The notes under the pieces were generated by a model that worked only from the letters and a program-made list of their open reading frames with translations, did not search any database and was not told the DNA's origin. Positions 46,165 to 54,663 of a stretch of 64,000 nucleotides of DNA are shown here, piece by piece (the first letter of the stretch is position 1; every line of letters begins with the position of its first letter). Source of the stretch: an uncultured archaeon (GTDB lineage: Archaea > Thermoplasmatota > Poseidoniia > MGIII > CG-Epi1); contig CAYMDK010000001.1 of assembly GCA_964389465.1 (NCBI GenBank), positions 86,852 to 150,851 on the forward strand, written 5' to 3'. The translations under genes and the position numbers were made by a program.

Positions 46165-48000
46165 GTGGGGCGCCCCTTGTTCCCGTTCCCGGAGCTCCGC
46201 AAGGGGCAGGATGCGATGCTGGATGACTGCCGCACGGCGTTCGCTGGCGGCGAGCACCTGCTGGCGCACGCCCCCACCGGGCTCGGGAAGACCGCCGCGG
46301 CGCTGACCGCCGCGGTCGAGGTGGCGCGCGAGCGGGGGCTGCTGGTGGTGGCGCTGACGTCGCGGCAGACACAGCACGCGATTTTCGTCGAGACGCTGAA
46401 GCGCATCCATGCGCAGCAGCCGCTGAAAATCGTGGACGTGATTTCCAAGCAGGACATGTGTCCACGCGACGACCTTGACGAGAGTCGCTACGGCGTCTTC
46501 CAGGCGGTCTGCACCGCTCTGGTGCGCAACAACGACTGTCGCTACCACGCCGGCTACCGTCCCGAATTCCTGCCTCAGGTTTTCGATTCGCCGCTCTCGG
46601 CCGCCGACCTGAAGGCGCTCTGCCGCGAGGAGGTGCAATGCCCGCACCGCGTCGCGATGGAGGCGGCGCAGGAATGCGATGTGCTGGTGTGCGACTACAA
46701 TTACCTCTTCACCCCGTGGTCCGAAGTGATGTGGGAGCGCATCCAGCGGCCGCTGGAGGAGGTGCTGCTCATCGTGGACGAGGCGCACAACCTGCCCGAC
46801 CGCATCCGGCTCTCCGCATCGCCGACGCTCTCGCTACAGCGGCTTCGCGAGGCGCAGCGCGAGGCGGGCCGCGCGCTGCGCCCGCAGCTCTCAATCCTGG
46901 AGCGGCTGGTCGCGAGCCTGACCGGCCACGAGGGCGAGAAGGAGATTGACGGCGGCAGCGTGACGCGCATGCTCGACGCGGCGCTCAAGCAAAAGCTGAC
47001 CGACCTGGAGGGCTTCGTCAAGTTGCTCGAGCGGTCGGCCCAGCGGCGGCTGCAGCGCGGCAAGGTGGCACGCATGGGTGACGTGGCGGATTTCCTGCAC
47101 CACTGGCGCTTCCTGAAGGAGGGCAGCGACCTGCGACTGGCACACGGCGGCGACAAGCCGTGGCAGCGCAAGCTTTCGCTGCGGCTGCTCGACCCCGCCT
47201 CAATCAGCGCACCGGTCTTCCGCGCCGTGCGCGGCTCGGTGCTGATGTCGGGCACGCTGAAGCCGCGCGGATTCTACCGCGACCTGCTCGGGCTCGACGA
47301 GGAACGCTCCCGCAAGGCGACCTACAGCTCACCCTTCCCCCCCGAGAACCGACTGCTGCTCTGCGTCGACGACGTCTCGACACTCTATCGCAACCGCGGC
47401 GACCCACTCTACCGCAAGCTGGCGGCGTCGCTGACCGCCGTAGCACAGGCGACGCCGGGCAACGTCGCAGCATTCTTCCCGAGCTACGCGCTGCGCGACG
47501 ACGTCGCCAGCCGGCTCGGCGACCATGGCAAAACGCTGCTGCTCGAGGAGCGCGGTGCATCCCCGGCAAAGCGGACGGCGCTGCTCGGCCGACTACAGCA
47601 GCGCAACGCGCTGCTGCTGGCGGTGATGGGGGGCATTTTCGGCGAGGGGGTCGACTACCCCGATAACCTGCTCGCCGCGGTCGCTGTCATCGGGATACCG
47701 GTGCCGCCGCCGTCGCTCGAGCAGAAGAAGCTGGAAGAGTATTTCGAGCGAAAATTCGGCGACGGAAAGGGGCGTCTCTACGCACAGACCTACCCGGCGG
47801 TCAACCGCGTGCTGCAGGCGGCCGGCCGTTGCATCCGCAGCGAAACCGACCGCGGCGTGGTGCTGCTTTACGACAACCGGCTGGGGCACCGCCCCTACCG
47901 CCGCTTCCTCCCGAAAGAAGTGCGGCACTGCACCAGCAGCGCGGTGCCGGCGCTGGTGCGCGGGTTCAACGCCCCCAGAACGGGGAATCCGCCTTCTTGA
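46165..48000 (+). CDS. xpd: ATP-dependent 5'-3' DNA helicase, XPD/Rad3 (DinG) family with FeS-cluster domain
   Basis: Walker A AHAPTGLGKT, DEAH box LIVDEAHNL, four Cys between them (C..C..C..C FeS domain), and C-terminal helicase motifs (GIFGEGVDY). Confidence 0.8.
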   Translation: MGRPLFPFPELRKGQDAMLDDCRTAFAGGEHLLAHAPTGLGKTAAALTAAVEVARERGLLVVALTSRQTQHAIFVETLKRIHAQQPLKIVDVISKQDMCPRDDLDESRYGVFQAVCTALVRNNDCRYHAGYRPEFLPQVFDSPLSAADLKALCREEVQCPHRVAMEAAQECDVLVCDYNYLFTPWSEVMWERIQRPLEEVLLIVDEAHNLPDRIRLSASPTLSLQRLREAQREAGRALRPQLSILERLVASLTGHEGEKEIDGGSVTRMLDAALKQKLTDLEGFVKLLERSAQRRLQRGKVARMGDVADFLHHWRFLKEGSDLRLAHGGDKPWQRKLSLRLLDPASISAPVFRAVRGSVLMSGTLKPRGFYRDLLGLDEERSRKATYSSPFPPENRLLLCVDDVSTLYRNRGDPLYRKLAASLTAVAQATPGNVAAFFPSYALRDDVASRLGDHGKTLLLEERGASPAKRTALLGRLQQRNALLLAVMGGIFGEGVDYPDNLLAAVAVIGIPVPPPSLEQKKLEEYFERKFGDGKGRLYAQTYPAVNRVLQAAGRCIRSETDRGVVLLYDNRLGHRPYRRFLPKEVRHCTSSAVPALVRGFNAPRTGNPPS

Positions 48001-49798
48001 TGCGTTGCAGCTCGGTTATTACATCTTCCTCATCGGGCGTCAGCTTCACGTTTTCGTCGCGCAGGCGCACCACGTCGCGCTCATCCATCTCTATATAAAG
48101 AATATCGCCCTCGTTTACCTGCCGGCCGACGGTCGCCTCGGTTACCGCCACGGCGACTTCATCACCCTGTGTCGCCTCCTTCAACCCTTGCTCCCCGGAG
48201 CGCATCGAGCGGATGCGGCCGATAACGCGGTTGTCGGCGCGCAGCACTTTCTGGCCCACCATGATGCGCCCCGCCAGAACGCGCACGCCGAATACTGCGG
48301 GGTCGCGCGTGCGGAAGGTGTGCCCTTCCAGAAACTCAATTTTACCAGGGTGCGGGAATTCCTCGCGTAACGCCCGTGCCTGCTCGCGCTTCAGCTCCGC
48401 CAGCCACTCGCCGTATTCCTCGACCAGCTGGTAAACCACGTCCGCCTCGAAGAGCTTCGCTTCGCTCTCAACCAGCGCTTCGCGCGCGTCGGGCAGCACG
48501 TTGACGCCGAACGCCAGCACCGCGCGCTGTTCGGCCGGCGCGGTCTCAGCCAGCCGCACGTCGCGGCGCGAGACGTCGCCAACCGCGGCGCGCATGATTG
48601 GCGCGCCCGCTTCCTGCAATTCGTAAGCGAGCGCCTCGAGCGAGCCGATAGCGTCGGCGCGCACGACCAGCCCGCGGTCCTCGAGCGCGACGTTGCTCTC
48701 CATCTCGCCCGAAAGCCGCTCCAGCACCGGCGCGACATCGTCGCCTTGCGGGACTCCGTAGAAGGGCGCGCCGGCGATGACGCCTTCAAGGTCGGGCGCG
48801 ACCACTTTCAGGCCGGCGGCAGCGGATACCTCCGTGACCGTGCTGAATTGCTGGCGCGGGTCGCGAATCTCGTCCAACGGCCGCGGCTGCAGCAGACTGC
48901 GCACACGCGTTACCAGCGGCTCGGGCGTCGCGCCGATGACCAGCGTGTCGCTCGCGCGCAGGACGCCGTTGTAGATGATGACGCCCAGCGTCTTGCCGAG
49001 CCCGCGCTCCTCCTTGACTTCGAGCACGGTCCCTTCGGCAAGGCCAGCCTTCAGCGCCAGCCGCCCCTCGAGATAGCGCTGCGCCAGCCCCATCAGCAGC
49101 ATGAACAGCTCGGGGACCCCCTCGCCGCTGTCGCGGACCGACGTGGGCACCAGTGCAATCGTCTTCTGGAAATCCTCGACTTCGGAGTAGAGCGCCGAAT
49201 CGAAGTTGTGTCCGCCCAGCTCGCGCACTATTTCCCAGATGCGCTCCTGCAAGCCATTCTGCGCCAGCTGTGACTGCTCCTGCCGGTTTGCGGCGAAAGT
49301 GCCCTTGCGGGTGCGCCAGCCGGGGAGCCGGTCTATCTTGTTCAGCACCAGGATAAAGGGCGTCTGCGCCCGCCGCAGCACCTGTAGCGACTCGATGGTC
49401 TGCGGCTTGAACCCCTCCATGATGTCGACGACCAGCACCGCCAGGTCCGCCAGCTGTCCCCCGCGTGCGCGCAGGGTACTGAAGGAGTGGTGGCCGGGGG
49501 TGTCGATGAAGAGCAAGCCGGGGAGCCGGATGTTCTCCTCCGGCAGCAGCGCGCCGCAAATTTCCTGAATGGTCTCGAACGGCACCTCGGTCGCGCCGAT
49601 GTGCTGCGTAATCGCGCCCGCCTCACGGCTTACGACCGCGGTGCCGCGTACCCAGTCAAGCAGCGACGTCTTGCCGTGGTCGACGTGCCCCAGCACCGCT
49701 ACGATCGGCTGCCGCAGCGGTCCCGCCGGAGGCTGTTCCTCGTCCGGGGAGTCGGCGTTCGCCACCTCGTCGTCGCTGGCCATCAGGACCGGCCGCAC
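47966..49798 (-). CDS. infB: Translation initiation factor aIF-5B / IF-2 (InfB)
   Basis: GTPase G1-G4 motifs (GHVDHGKTSLLD, DTPGH, NKID) and a C-terminal beta-barrel domain. 610 aa. Confidence 0.9.
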   Translation of the reverse strand: MRPVLMASDDEVANADSPDEEQPPAGPLRQPIVAVLGHVDHGKTSLLDWVRGTAVVSREAGAITQHIGATEVPFETIQEICGALLPEENIRLPGLLFIDTPGHHSFSTLRARGGQLADLAVLVVDIMEGFKPQTIESLQVLRRAQTPFILVLNKIDRLPGWRTRKGTFAANRQEQSQLAQNGLQERIWEIVRELGGHNFDSALYSEVEDFQKTIALVPTSVRDSGEGVPELFMLLMGLAQRYLEGRLALKAGLAEGTVLEVKEERGLGKTLGVIIYNGVLRASDTLVIGATPEPLVTRVRSLLQPRPLDEIRDPRQQFSTVTEVSAAAGLKVVAPDLEGVIAGAPFYGVPQGDDVAPVLERLSGEMESNVALEDRGLVVRADAIGSLEALAYELQEAGAPIMRAAVGDVSRRDVRLAETAPAEQRAVLAFGVNVLPDAREALVESEAKLFEADVVYQLVEEYGEWLAELKREQARALREEFPHPGKIEFLEGHTFRTRDPAVFGVRVLAGRIMVGQKVLRADNRVIGRIRSMRSGEQGLKEATQGDEVAVAVTEATVGRQVNEGDILYIEMDERDVVRLRDENVKLTPDEEDVITELQRIKKADSPFWGR

Positions 49799-49816
49799 GG
49801 CGGACGCTAAAAAAGC

Positions 49817-50059
49817 TCACCGCATTACGGAAAAGCGGCTCATAATCCTGAGCAGCCGCTCGCTCATGTCGGGGGTGATGATGCCTTCCCCGGTTTTCTC
49901 TTCCAGCAGGTCGGCCGCGGCGCCCAGCGTTTCGCGCGTCGCCAGCGCTACCAGCGTGGCGATGAACGGCTCAACCTCTTTCTCGCCAAGGTCCGATTCC
50001 TGTAGCACCTCGTCCAGGAAGTAAATCGTCTCGGTCCGGCGTGCGGGATTGAGCATGCG
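49817..50059 (-). CDS. Small hypothetical protein (~80 aa) between the SSB-zinc-knuckle gene and infB
   Basis: In-frame ATG (MLNPARRTETIYFLDEV...) within track ORF 49817..50470. The upstream part of that ORF is an out-of-frame read of the zinc-knuckle repeats. Confidence 0.35.
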   Translation of the reverse strand, partial: RMLNPARRTETIYFLDEVLQESDLGEKEVEPFIATLVALATRETLGAAADLLEEKTGEGIITPDMSERLLRIMSRFSVMR

Positions 50060-50156
50060 CTGTCGAATCTGCCGCTTCTGCGGCTTCTTCTCCTTGCGTC
50101 GCGGAGGCTGCGCTTTCTTGGGGCCGCGTCTGCGGTGCCGCCCGCGTCGCGCCAGC

Positions 50157-50759
50157 TCAGTTCCCCCGGTCGGGGCAGTTGCGGGAGATGTGGCCCGGCT
50201 TGCCACAATTGAAACACTTGCCGCCGCCCGGCTTCCCGCCGCCACCTTCAGGGCAGTCGCGCGAAATGTGGCCCGGCTTGCCACAGTTGAAACATTTGCC
50301 GCCGCCCGGCTTCCCACCGCCGCCTTCAGGGCAGTCGCGCGAAATGTGGCCCGGCTTGCCACAGTTGAAACATTTACCGCCACCACCGCCGCCCCGACCA
50401 CCGCCGCGTCCGCGGTCCGGCCGCGGCATCGCGTACGCGAGGTCGGAGAGGTTGAGGTCATCACGGACACTCCCCACTTCCCGGCCGGGCTTGCCCAGCG
50501 AGCCGAACTTGCCGAGGCTTAGGCGGAGCGAACCGCGCACCAGCGTGGCGCGCGCATCCTTGAGCCAGATGGTCGCATCGACCGCCACCTGGTCACATTC
50601 CTCGTTCCAGAAACTCATCACAATCGTGCCGGTTTCGTCGCCTACCAGTCCCTCGCAAACACGCCCGCCGCTCTCGATATCGCGGGGCTCGTCCATCGAC
50701 AGCACCTTGACTGCCATACTGATGCGACTGCTGCGCGGGGTCAACTCGTCTACCCTCAT
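50157..50759 (-). CDS. SSB-like single OB-fold protein fused to Gly-rich linker, RGG box and three CCHC zinc knuckles
   Basis: The OB fold is similar to crenarchaeal SSB / RPA OB (..VGDETGTIVMSFW...GSLRLSL). Linker GRGGGRGGGGGG. Three copies of CFNCGKPGHISRDC (C-x2-C-x4-H-x4-C). The ATG at 50759 has TATA ttatatgg 22-29 nt upstream; the track GTG at 50810 would cover that promoter. Confidence 0.65.
   Translation of the reverse strand: MRVDELTPRSSRISMAVKVLSMDEPRDIESGGRVCEGLVGDETGTIVMSFWNEECDQVAVDATIWLKDARATLVRGSLRLSLGKFGSLGKPGREVGSVRDDLNLSDLAYAMPRPDRGRGGGRGGGGGGKCFNCGKPGHISRDCPEGGGGKPGGGKCFNCGKPGHISRDCPEGGGGKPGGGKCFNCGKPGHISRNCPDRGN
50174..50407. repeat. Tandem direct repeat, 3 x 78 bp, near-identical (codes the zinc-knuckle units)
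   Basis: Units begin at 50174, 50252 and 50330 (ggcagt[tc]gcg[cg]ga[ag]atgtggcccggcttgccaca[ag]ttgaaaca[ct]tt[gt]ccgcc...). Units 2 and 3 differ by only a few nt. Confidence 0.8.
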
Positions 50760-50778
50760 CGGCTGCGCCGAGACTGGC

Positions 50779-50791
50779 CTCCATATAACGG
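50779..50791 (-). promoter_or_regulatory. TATA box for the SSB-zinc-knuckle gene (leaderless)
   Basis: Reverse complement ccgTTATATGGag, 22-29 nt upstream of ATG 50759. Confidence 0.35.
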
Positions 50792-50931
50792 TTGAGATGC
50801 ACCCATTCACCCATAAAGTATAATAACCAAAAAGGGTAAATCACATAATCACCATTAAGTTTATAACCCCTAGTGGGGTGTGTAGTCTGTCCCGGGGTGG
50901 AGTCCTGGGGTGAAACAAAAGGAGAAACTCC

Positions 50932-52266
50932 ATGCAAGCAAACGAAACCGACTTTGGGCCGCATGTCAAGGACATTGCAGAGGCCCTGGAAAACAAACTG
51001 GACGAAGCCACGATTGTCGAAGAACTGAGGCAATACGTGGAGAACTACGGCATCGACCTGGCAACCGCCAAGGAGGCGATTGTCCGGAAGCACTACGGCG
51101 ACCCCCGCACGTTGCAAGCCAGCGCATTCATGCCGCTGGCTGACATCAAAGCGGACGAGTCATCGGTCAGCTTCCGCGCGAAAATCGTGTCTGTGTTCTC
51201 GAAGGAAATCAACCTGAAAGATGGCTCGCAGAAGACCATTTTCGAGGGGCAAATCGCCGACGGGAGCGCTACCCTGCGCTTCACAGTCTGGCGTGACGAG
51301 TTCACGGCCGAGCCGGGGACTATCCTCGAGGTCATTAACGCCTATTCCAAAGGCTGGAAAGATCGCGTCGACCTGAACCTGGGCGACCGCTGCCGGGTGC
51401 GGGAGGTCGAGGACGAGACGCTGGCGGCGCTGGATGTGCCGACGGCCGACAGCCCGACCGCCGGCTCCGCGAGCGACGTTGCTGGACTACGGAACGGCAT
51501 GGGCTCAGTCGCGCTGACCGTGCGCATCCTGGATGTGCAGGAGCGCGAGGTGACCGTGCGCGGCGAGCCAAAGACGCTCTGGAGCGGGACGCTGGCAGAC
51601 GCCAGCGGTAGCTGCCGTTTCACTGCCTGGCACGACCACAAACTACAGGCAGATACCATCTACGAAATCGGTAACGCCTACGTGCGCGAGTGGCAGGGCA
51701 TCCCCGAGCTGCAAATCAACGAAAACACCGCAGTGGGCACGGTTGACGCCGAACTCCCGTCGCTGGAAGAACTGGCGGTGGGGACCAGCTACACTATCGG
51801 CCTGCTCGACGAGCGCGGCGGCGCTAGCGACGCGCTCCTGGAGGGACACGTGCTAGCAGTGCGCGAGGGCAGCGGACTGATTTTCCGCTGCCCCGAGTGC
51901 AACCGCGTGCTCCGCAGCCGGCAGTGCATGGTGCACGGCGAGCAGGAGGGACAGCCCGACCTGCGGACCAAGCTGCTCTTCGACGACGGCACCGGTTCGC
52001 TACAGCTATTCCTGAACCGCGAGCTGACCGAGAAGGTGCTGGGGCGCGACCTCGATTCGTGCCTCGAGCTGGTGCGCGAGAACTACTCGGCCGAGGCGCT
52101 GACCGAAGAGCTGGAGCAGGCACTCCTGCTCAAGCCACTGATAGTGGAGGGGTACACCCGCTCCGACGACTACGGCCTGATGTTCTTCGCGCGCAAGTGC
52201 CAGCCGGCACACAACCTTGACGTGCCCTCTGTCGCCAGGCAATTCCTGGCGGCACTGGAGGCCTGA
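50932..52266 (+). CDS. rpa: Replication protein A large subunit (RPA41-like: two OB folds + C-terminal zinc finger)
   Basis: Two OB-fold ssDNA-binding domains and C4 zinc finger (CPECNRVLRSRQCMVHGE). SD-like aaggag 8 nt upstream of the ATG. TATA about 65 nt upstream. Confidence 0.8.
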   Translation: MQANETDFGPHVKDIAEALENKLDEATIVEELRQYVENYGIDLATAKEAIVRKHYGDPRTLQASAFMPLADIKADESSVSFRAKIVSVFSKEINLKDGSQKTIFEGQIADGSATLRFTVWRDEFTAEPGTILEVINAYSKGWKDRVDLNLGDRCRVREVEDETLAALDVPTADSPTAGSASDVAGLRNGMGSVALTVRILDVQEREVTVRGEPKTLWSGTLADASGSCRFTAWHDHKLQADTIYEIGNAYVREWQGIPELQINENTAVGTVDAELPSLEELAVGTSYTIGLLDERGGASDALLEGHVLAVREGSGLIFRCPECNRVLRSRQCMVHGEQEGQPDLRTKLLFDDGTGSLQLFLNRELTEKVLGRDLDSCLELVRENYSAEALTEELEQALLLKPLIVEGYTRSDDYGLMFFARKCQPAHNLDVPSVARQFLAALEA

Positions 52267-53223
52267 ATGGCGCGTCGCAGGGAACCGGCCCTTCCGGTAC
52301 TGGCGCAGGAGCTTTCGCGCGCCCACGAGACGCATGTCGAGGACCGCGAATATTCGCCCACCTATCTTATTTCGGAGATGGGGTCCAAACTCTCGCGCGT
52401 GCTCATCGGCGGCATCCTGACCGACGTCGAAAACCGTGGCAGCGAGGCGGACCCGTTCTACATGGCGCGCATGGTTGACCCTCACGGCGACACCTACTAC
52501 CTGCGCGCCGGGCAGTACAATCCCGAAGGCGCCGCGGCACTCTCGAAAATCGAGACGCCCACACACGTAATCTCCGTCGGGAGGGTGCGTGCCTACTCAC
52601 CCGACGACAGCGACTCAGTCTACGTCAGCGTCCAGCCCGAGAACGTGCGCGCGGTCAGCGAGCAGGAGGTTTCGGTCTGGGCGGTCAAGGCGTGCGAATC
52701 GTTGATGCGCCGCCTGAAGGGCGACGATGCCGAGCTGAGCAACCGCGAAAAGGAAGGGCTCGGCCTGGCGCAGGAAAAATACGAGACTGTCTCGACTGAA
52801 TCCTACGCCGGGCTGCTCTACGACTGCCTGCGGAACCTCAGCGGCGATACGACTGCGCCGAGCACGGCGCAGTTCACCGGCGAGTTCGAGACTGCCAGCG
52901 ACGTGGAAGTGGCCGCGACGGAGCTGGAAGCGGCTCCGTCGGCAGCGGAACCGCCCGCACCCGAAGCGCCGCAGGACGCCCCCGCAGGCGACGAAACGCC
53001 TGACGGGGAGCCGGAAGACGATGCGGACGCCGAGGCGGCCGTGCTCGAACTCATAAGCTCGCTCGACAAGGAAGGCGACGGAGAAGGCGTAATCTACGAA
53101 ACGCTGCGCGATTCCGCAGCGGCGGCCGGCATCGACGGCTCGCGCCTCGACGAGGTCATCGACTCGCTCAACGACCAGGGGCTGACCTACCAGCCGGCGT
53201 TCAACAAGTTCCGGGTGGCATGA
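52267..53223 (+). CDS. RPA32-like / RPA-associated protein: OB fold + acidic linker + C-terminal winged-helix domain
   Basis: Starts 1 nt after the rpa stop. Central OB-like region, Ala/Glu/Pro-rich linker, and a C-terminal helix-rich ~60 aa (VLELISSLDKEGDGEGVIYETLRDSAAAAGIDGSRLDEVIDSLNDQGLTYQ) resembling the RPA32 C-terminal wH domain. Confidence 0.55.
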   Translation: MARRREPALPVLAQELSRAHETHVEDREYSPTYLISEMGSKLSRVLIGGILTDVENRGSEADPFYMARMVDPHGDTYYLRAGQYNPEGAAALSKIETPTHVISVGRVRAYSPDDSDSVYVSVQPENVRAVSEQEVSVWAVKACESLMRRLKGDDAELSNREKEGLGLAQEKYETVSTESYAGLLYDCLRNLSGDTTAPSTAQFTGEFETASDVEVAATELEAAPSAAEPPAPEAPQDAPAGDETPDGEPEDDADAEAAVLELISSLDKEGDGEGVIYETLRDSAAAAGIDGSRLDEVIDSLNDQGLTYQPAFNKFRVA

Positions 53224-53345
53224 TGCCGAGCAAGTCTGTACGCGAGTTCCTCGAGGCTATCGCTCCTCGCTGGGAAGACCCACATGAATTTGACTGGCTG
53301 CGGGAAGTCGAGCTACCGCTGGTAACCATTCCCCGGAGGCGCTGA
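53220..53345 (+). CDS. 41-aa micro-ORF translationally coupled between RPA32-like gene and radA
   Basis: ATGATG overlaps the upstream TGA (ATGA). The ORF's own TGA overlaps the radA ATG (TGATG). Protein [41 protein letters not shown]. Not in the ORF track (<60 aa). Confidence 0.3.
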   Translation: MMPSKSVREFLEAIAPRWEDPHEFDWLREVELPLVTIPRRR

Positions 53346-54292
53346 TGGGCAAGAAGGAAGAATCCATCGAGGACCTGCCCGGCGTCGGCCCCGCCATCGC
53401 CGAGAAACTGCGCGAGGGGGGCTACCGCACGCTTGAGTCAATCGCGACCGAGTCGCCTTCGCGGCTCTCGGATGCGGCCGGTATCGGCGACTCGAGCTGC
53501 GCCAGCATCATCGCCGCGGCGCGCAAGCTGGCCGACATCGGCGGCTTCCTGACCGGCGCAGAGCTGCTCGAGAGGCGCAGCACCGTCGGCAAGGTTACCA
53601 CCTGCTCGAGCGAGCTGGATTCGCTGATGGGCGGCGGCATCGAGACGCAAGCAATTTCCGAGTTCTACGGCCAGTATGGCTCGGGCAAAACCCAGATTGT
53701 CCACCAACTGGCGGTGACTGTGCAACTGCCAGAGGAACAGGGCGGCCTTGACGCGGAGGCGGTAATTATCGACACCGAGAATACCTTCCGCCCCGAGCGC
53801 ATAGTCTCAATGGCGAAAGCGCTCAACCTGGACCCCGACGAGGCGCTGGCGCGCATCCACGTCGGCCGCGCCTACAACTCGCACCAGCAGATGCTGATGG
53901 TCGAGAAAGCGCAGCAACTGGCCGAGGAACGTCCCATCCGGATGCTGGTCGTCGATTCGCTGACCGGAGCGTTCCGGTCGGAGTATATTGGCCGGGGCGT
54001 GCTCGCCGAACGGCAGGGAAAAATCAACAGTCACATGGAGTCGCTGGGGCGCTTTGCAGACTTGCACAACGCCGTAGTGGCTGTTACCAACCAGGTGCAT
54101 TCCAAACCAGATGCCTTCTTCGGCGACCCGACCAAGCCGATTGGCGGCCACATTGTTGGCCACACCTCGAAATTCCGGGTCTACATCCGGCGTGGCAAGG
54201 CGGGCAAGCGTATCTTCCGGCTCGTTGACTCGCCACACCTGCCCGACGGGGAAGCTGTAGTGCAGATCCTGGAAGAGGGTATCCGCGACTAG
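53345..54292 (+). CDS. radA: DNA repair and recombination protein RadA
   Basis: N-terminal HhH domain ([17 protein letters not shown]) and RecA core with Walker [10 protein letters not shown] and Walker B LVVDSL. 315 aa. Confidence 0.9.
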   Translation: MGKKEESIEDLPGVGPAIAEKLREGGYRTLESIATESPSRLSDAAGIGDSSCASIIAAARKLADIGGFLTGAELLERRSTVGKVTTCSSELDSLMGGGIETQAISEFYGQYGSGKTQIVHQLAVTVQLPEEQGGLDAEAVIIDTENTFRPERIVSMAKALNLDPDEALARIHVGRAYNSHQQMLMVEKAQQLAEERPIRMLVVDSLTGAFRSEYIGRGVLAERQGKINSHMESLGRFADLHNAVVAVTNQVHSKPDAFFGDPTKPIGGHIVGHTSKFRVYIRRGKAGKRIFRLVDSPHLPDGEAVVQILEEGIRD

Positions 54293-54663
54293 CGGCCCAG
54301 ACCGCGTAGCACTTTCAGCCCGAACCAGTTGCGCTTCGCCAACTCCCAGATTCCGGCGCGGTCGCGGTCGAGTGTCGCCTGCTCCAGCGAACCATCGCCC
54401 GCCATGAAGCATTCGATTGAGCAATAGCCCCGGCTGGCGCCGTTGTCGACCGCGTGCGCGACACCGTCCGGGACCAAATCGGTCATCGCGTTGCCGACCT
54501 TGAAAGCCCAGTTGAAGCGCTCGCCGCAGCCGCGACAGGTGCGCTCCTCCACGTTGCCCACCGTTGATTCACTGTAGCGCGAGCCTTCGCCGACCGCTTC
54601 CTTGTCATAGATATAGTGCGTCTCGTCTGCGGGCGGGTAGTGCAGGTCAGAACTCGTCGTCAT
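54289..54663 (-). CDS. Hypothetical zinc-ribbon protein (~125 aa)
   Basis: CRGCGERF...CSIEC Cys pairs. Start taken at MMTTSS, overlapping the upstream gene's stop by about 17 nt. The longer track start lies inside the upstream gene. Confidence 0.4.
   Translation of the reverse strand: MTTSSDLHYPPADETHYIYDKEAVGEGSRYSESTVGNVEERTCRGCGERFNWAFKVGNAMTDLVPDGVAHAVDNGASRGYCSIECFMAGDGSLEQATLDRDRAGIWELAKRNWFGLKVLRGLGR

Noticed and set aside
49817-50470. 217-aa minus-strand ORF (Ala/Thr/Arg-rich repeats) overlapping the zinc-knuckle gene
   Set aside because: It is the +1 frame of the 78-bp tandem repeat and produces repetitive nonsense. The zinc-knuckle frame has conserved CCHC spacing. Only the non-overlapping 49817-50059 part is retained.
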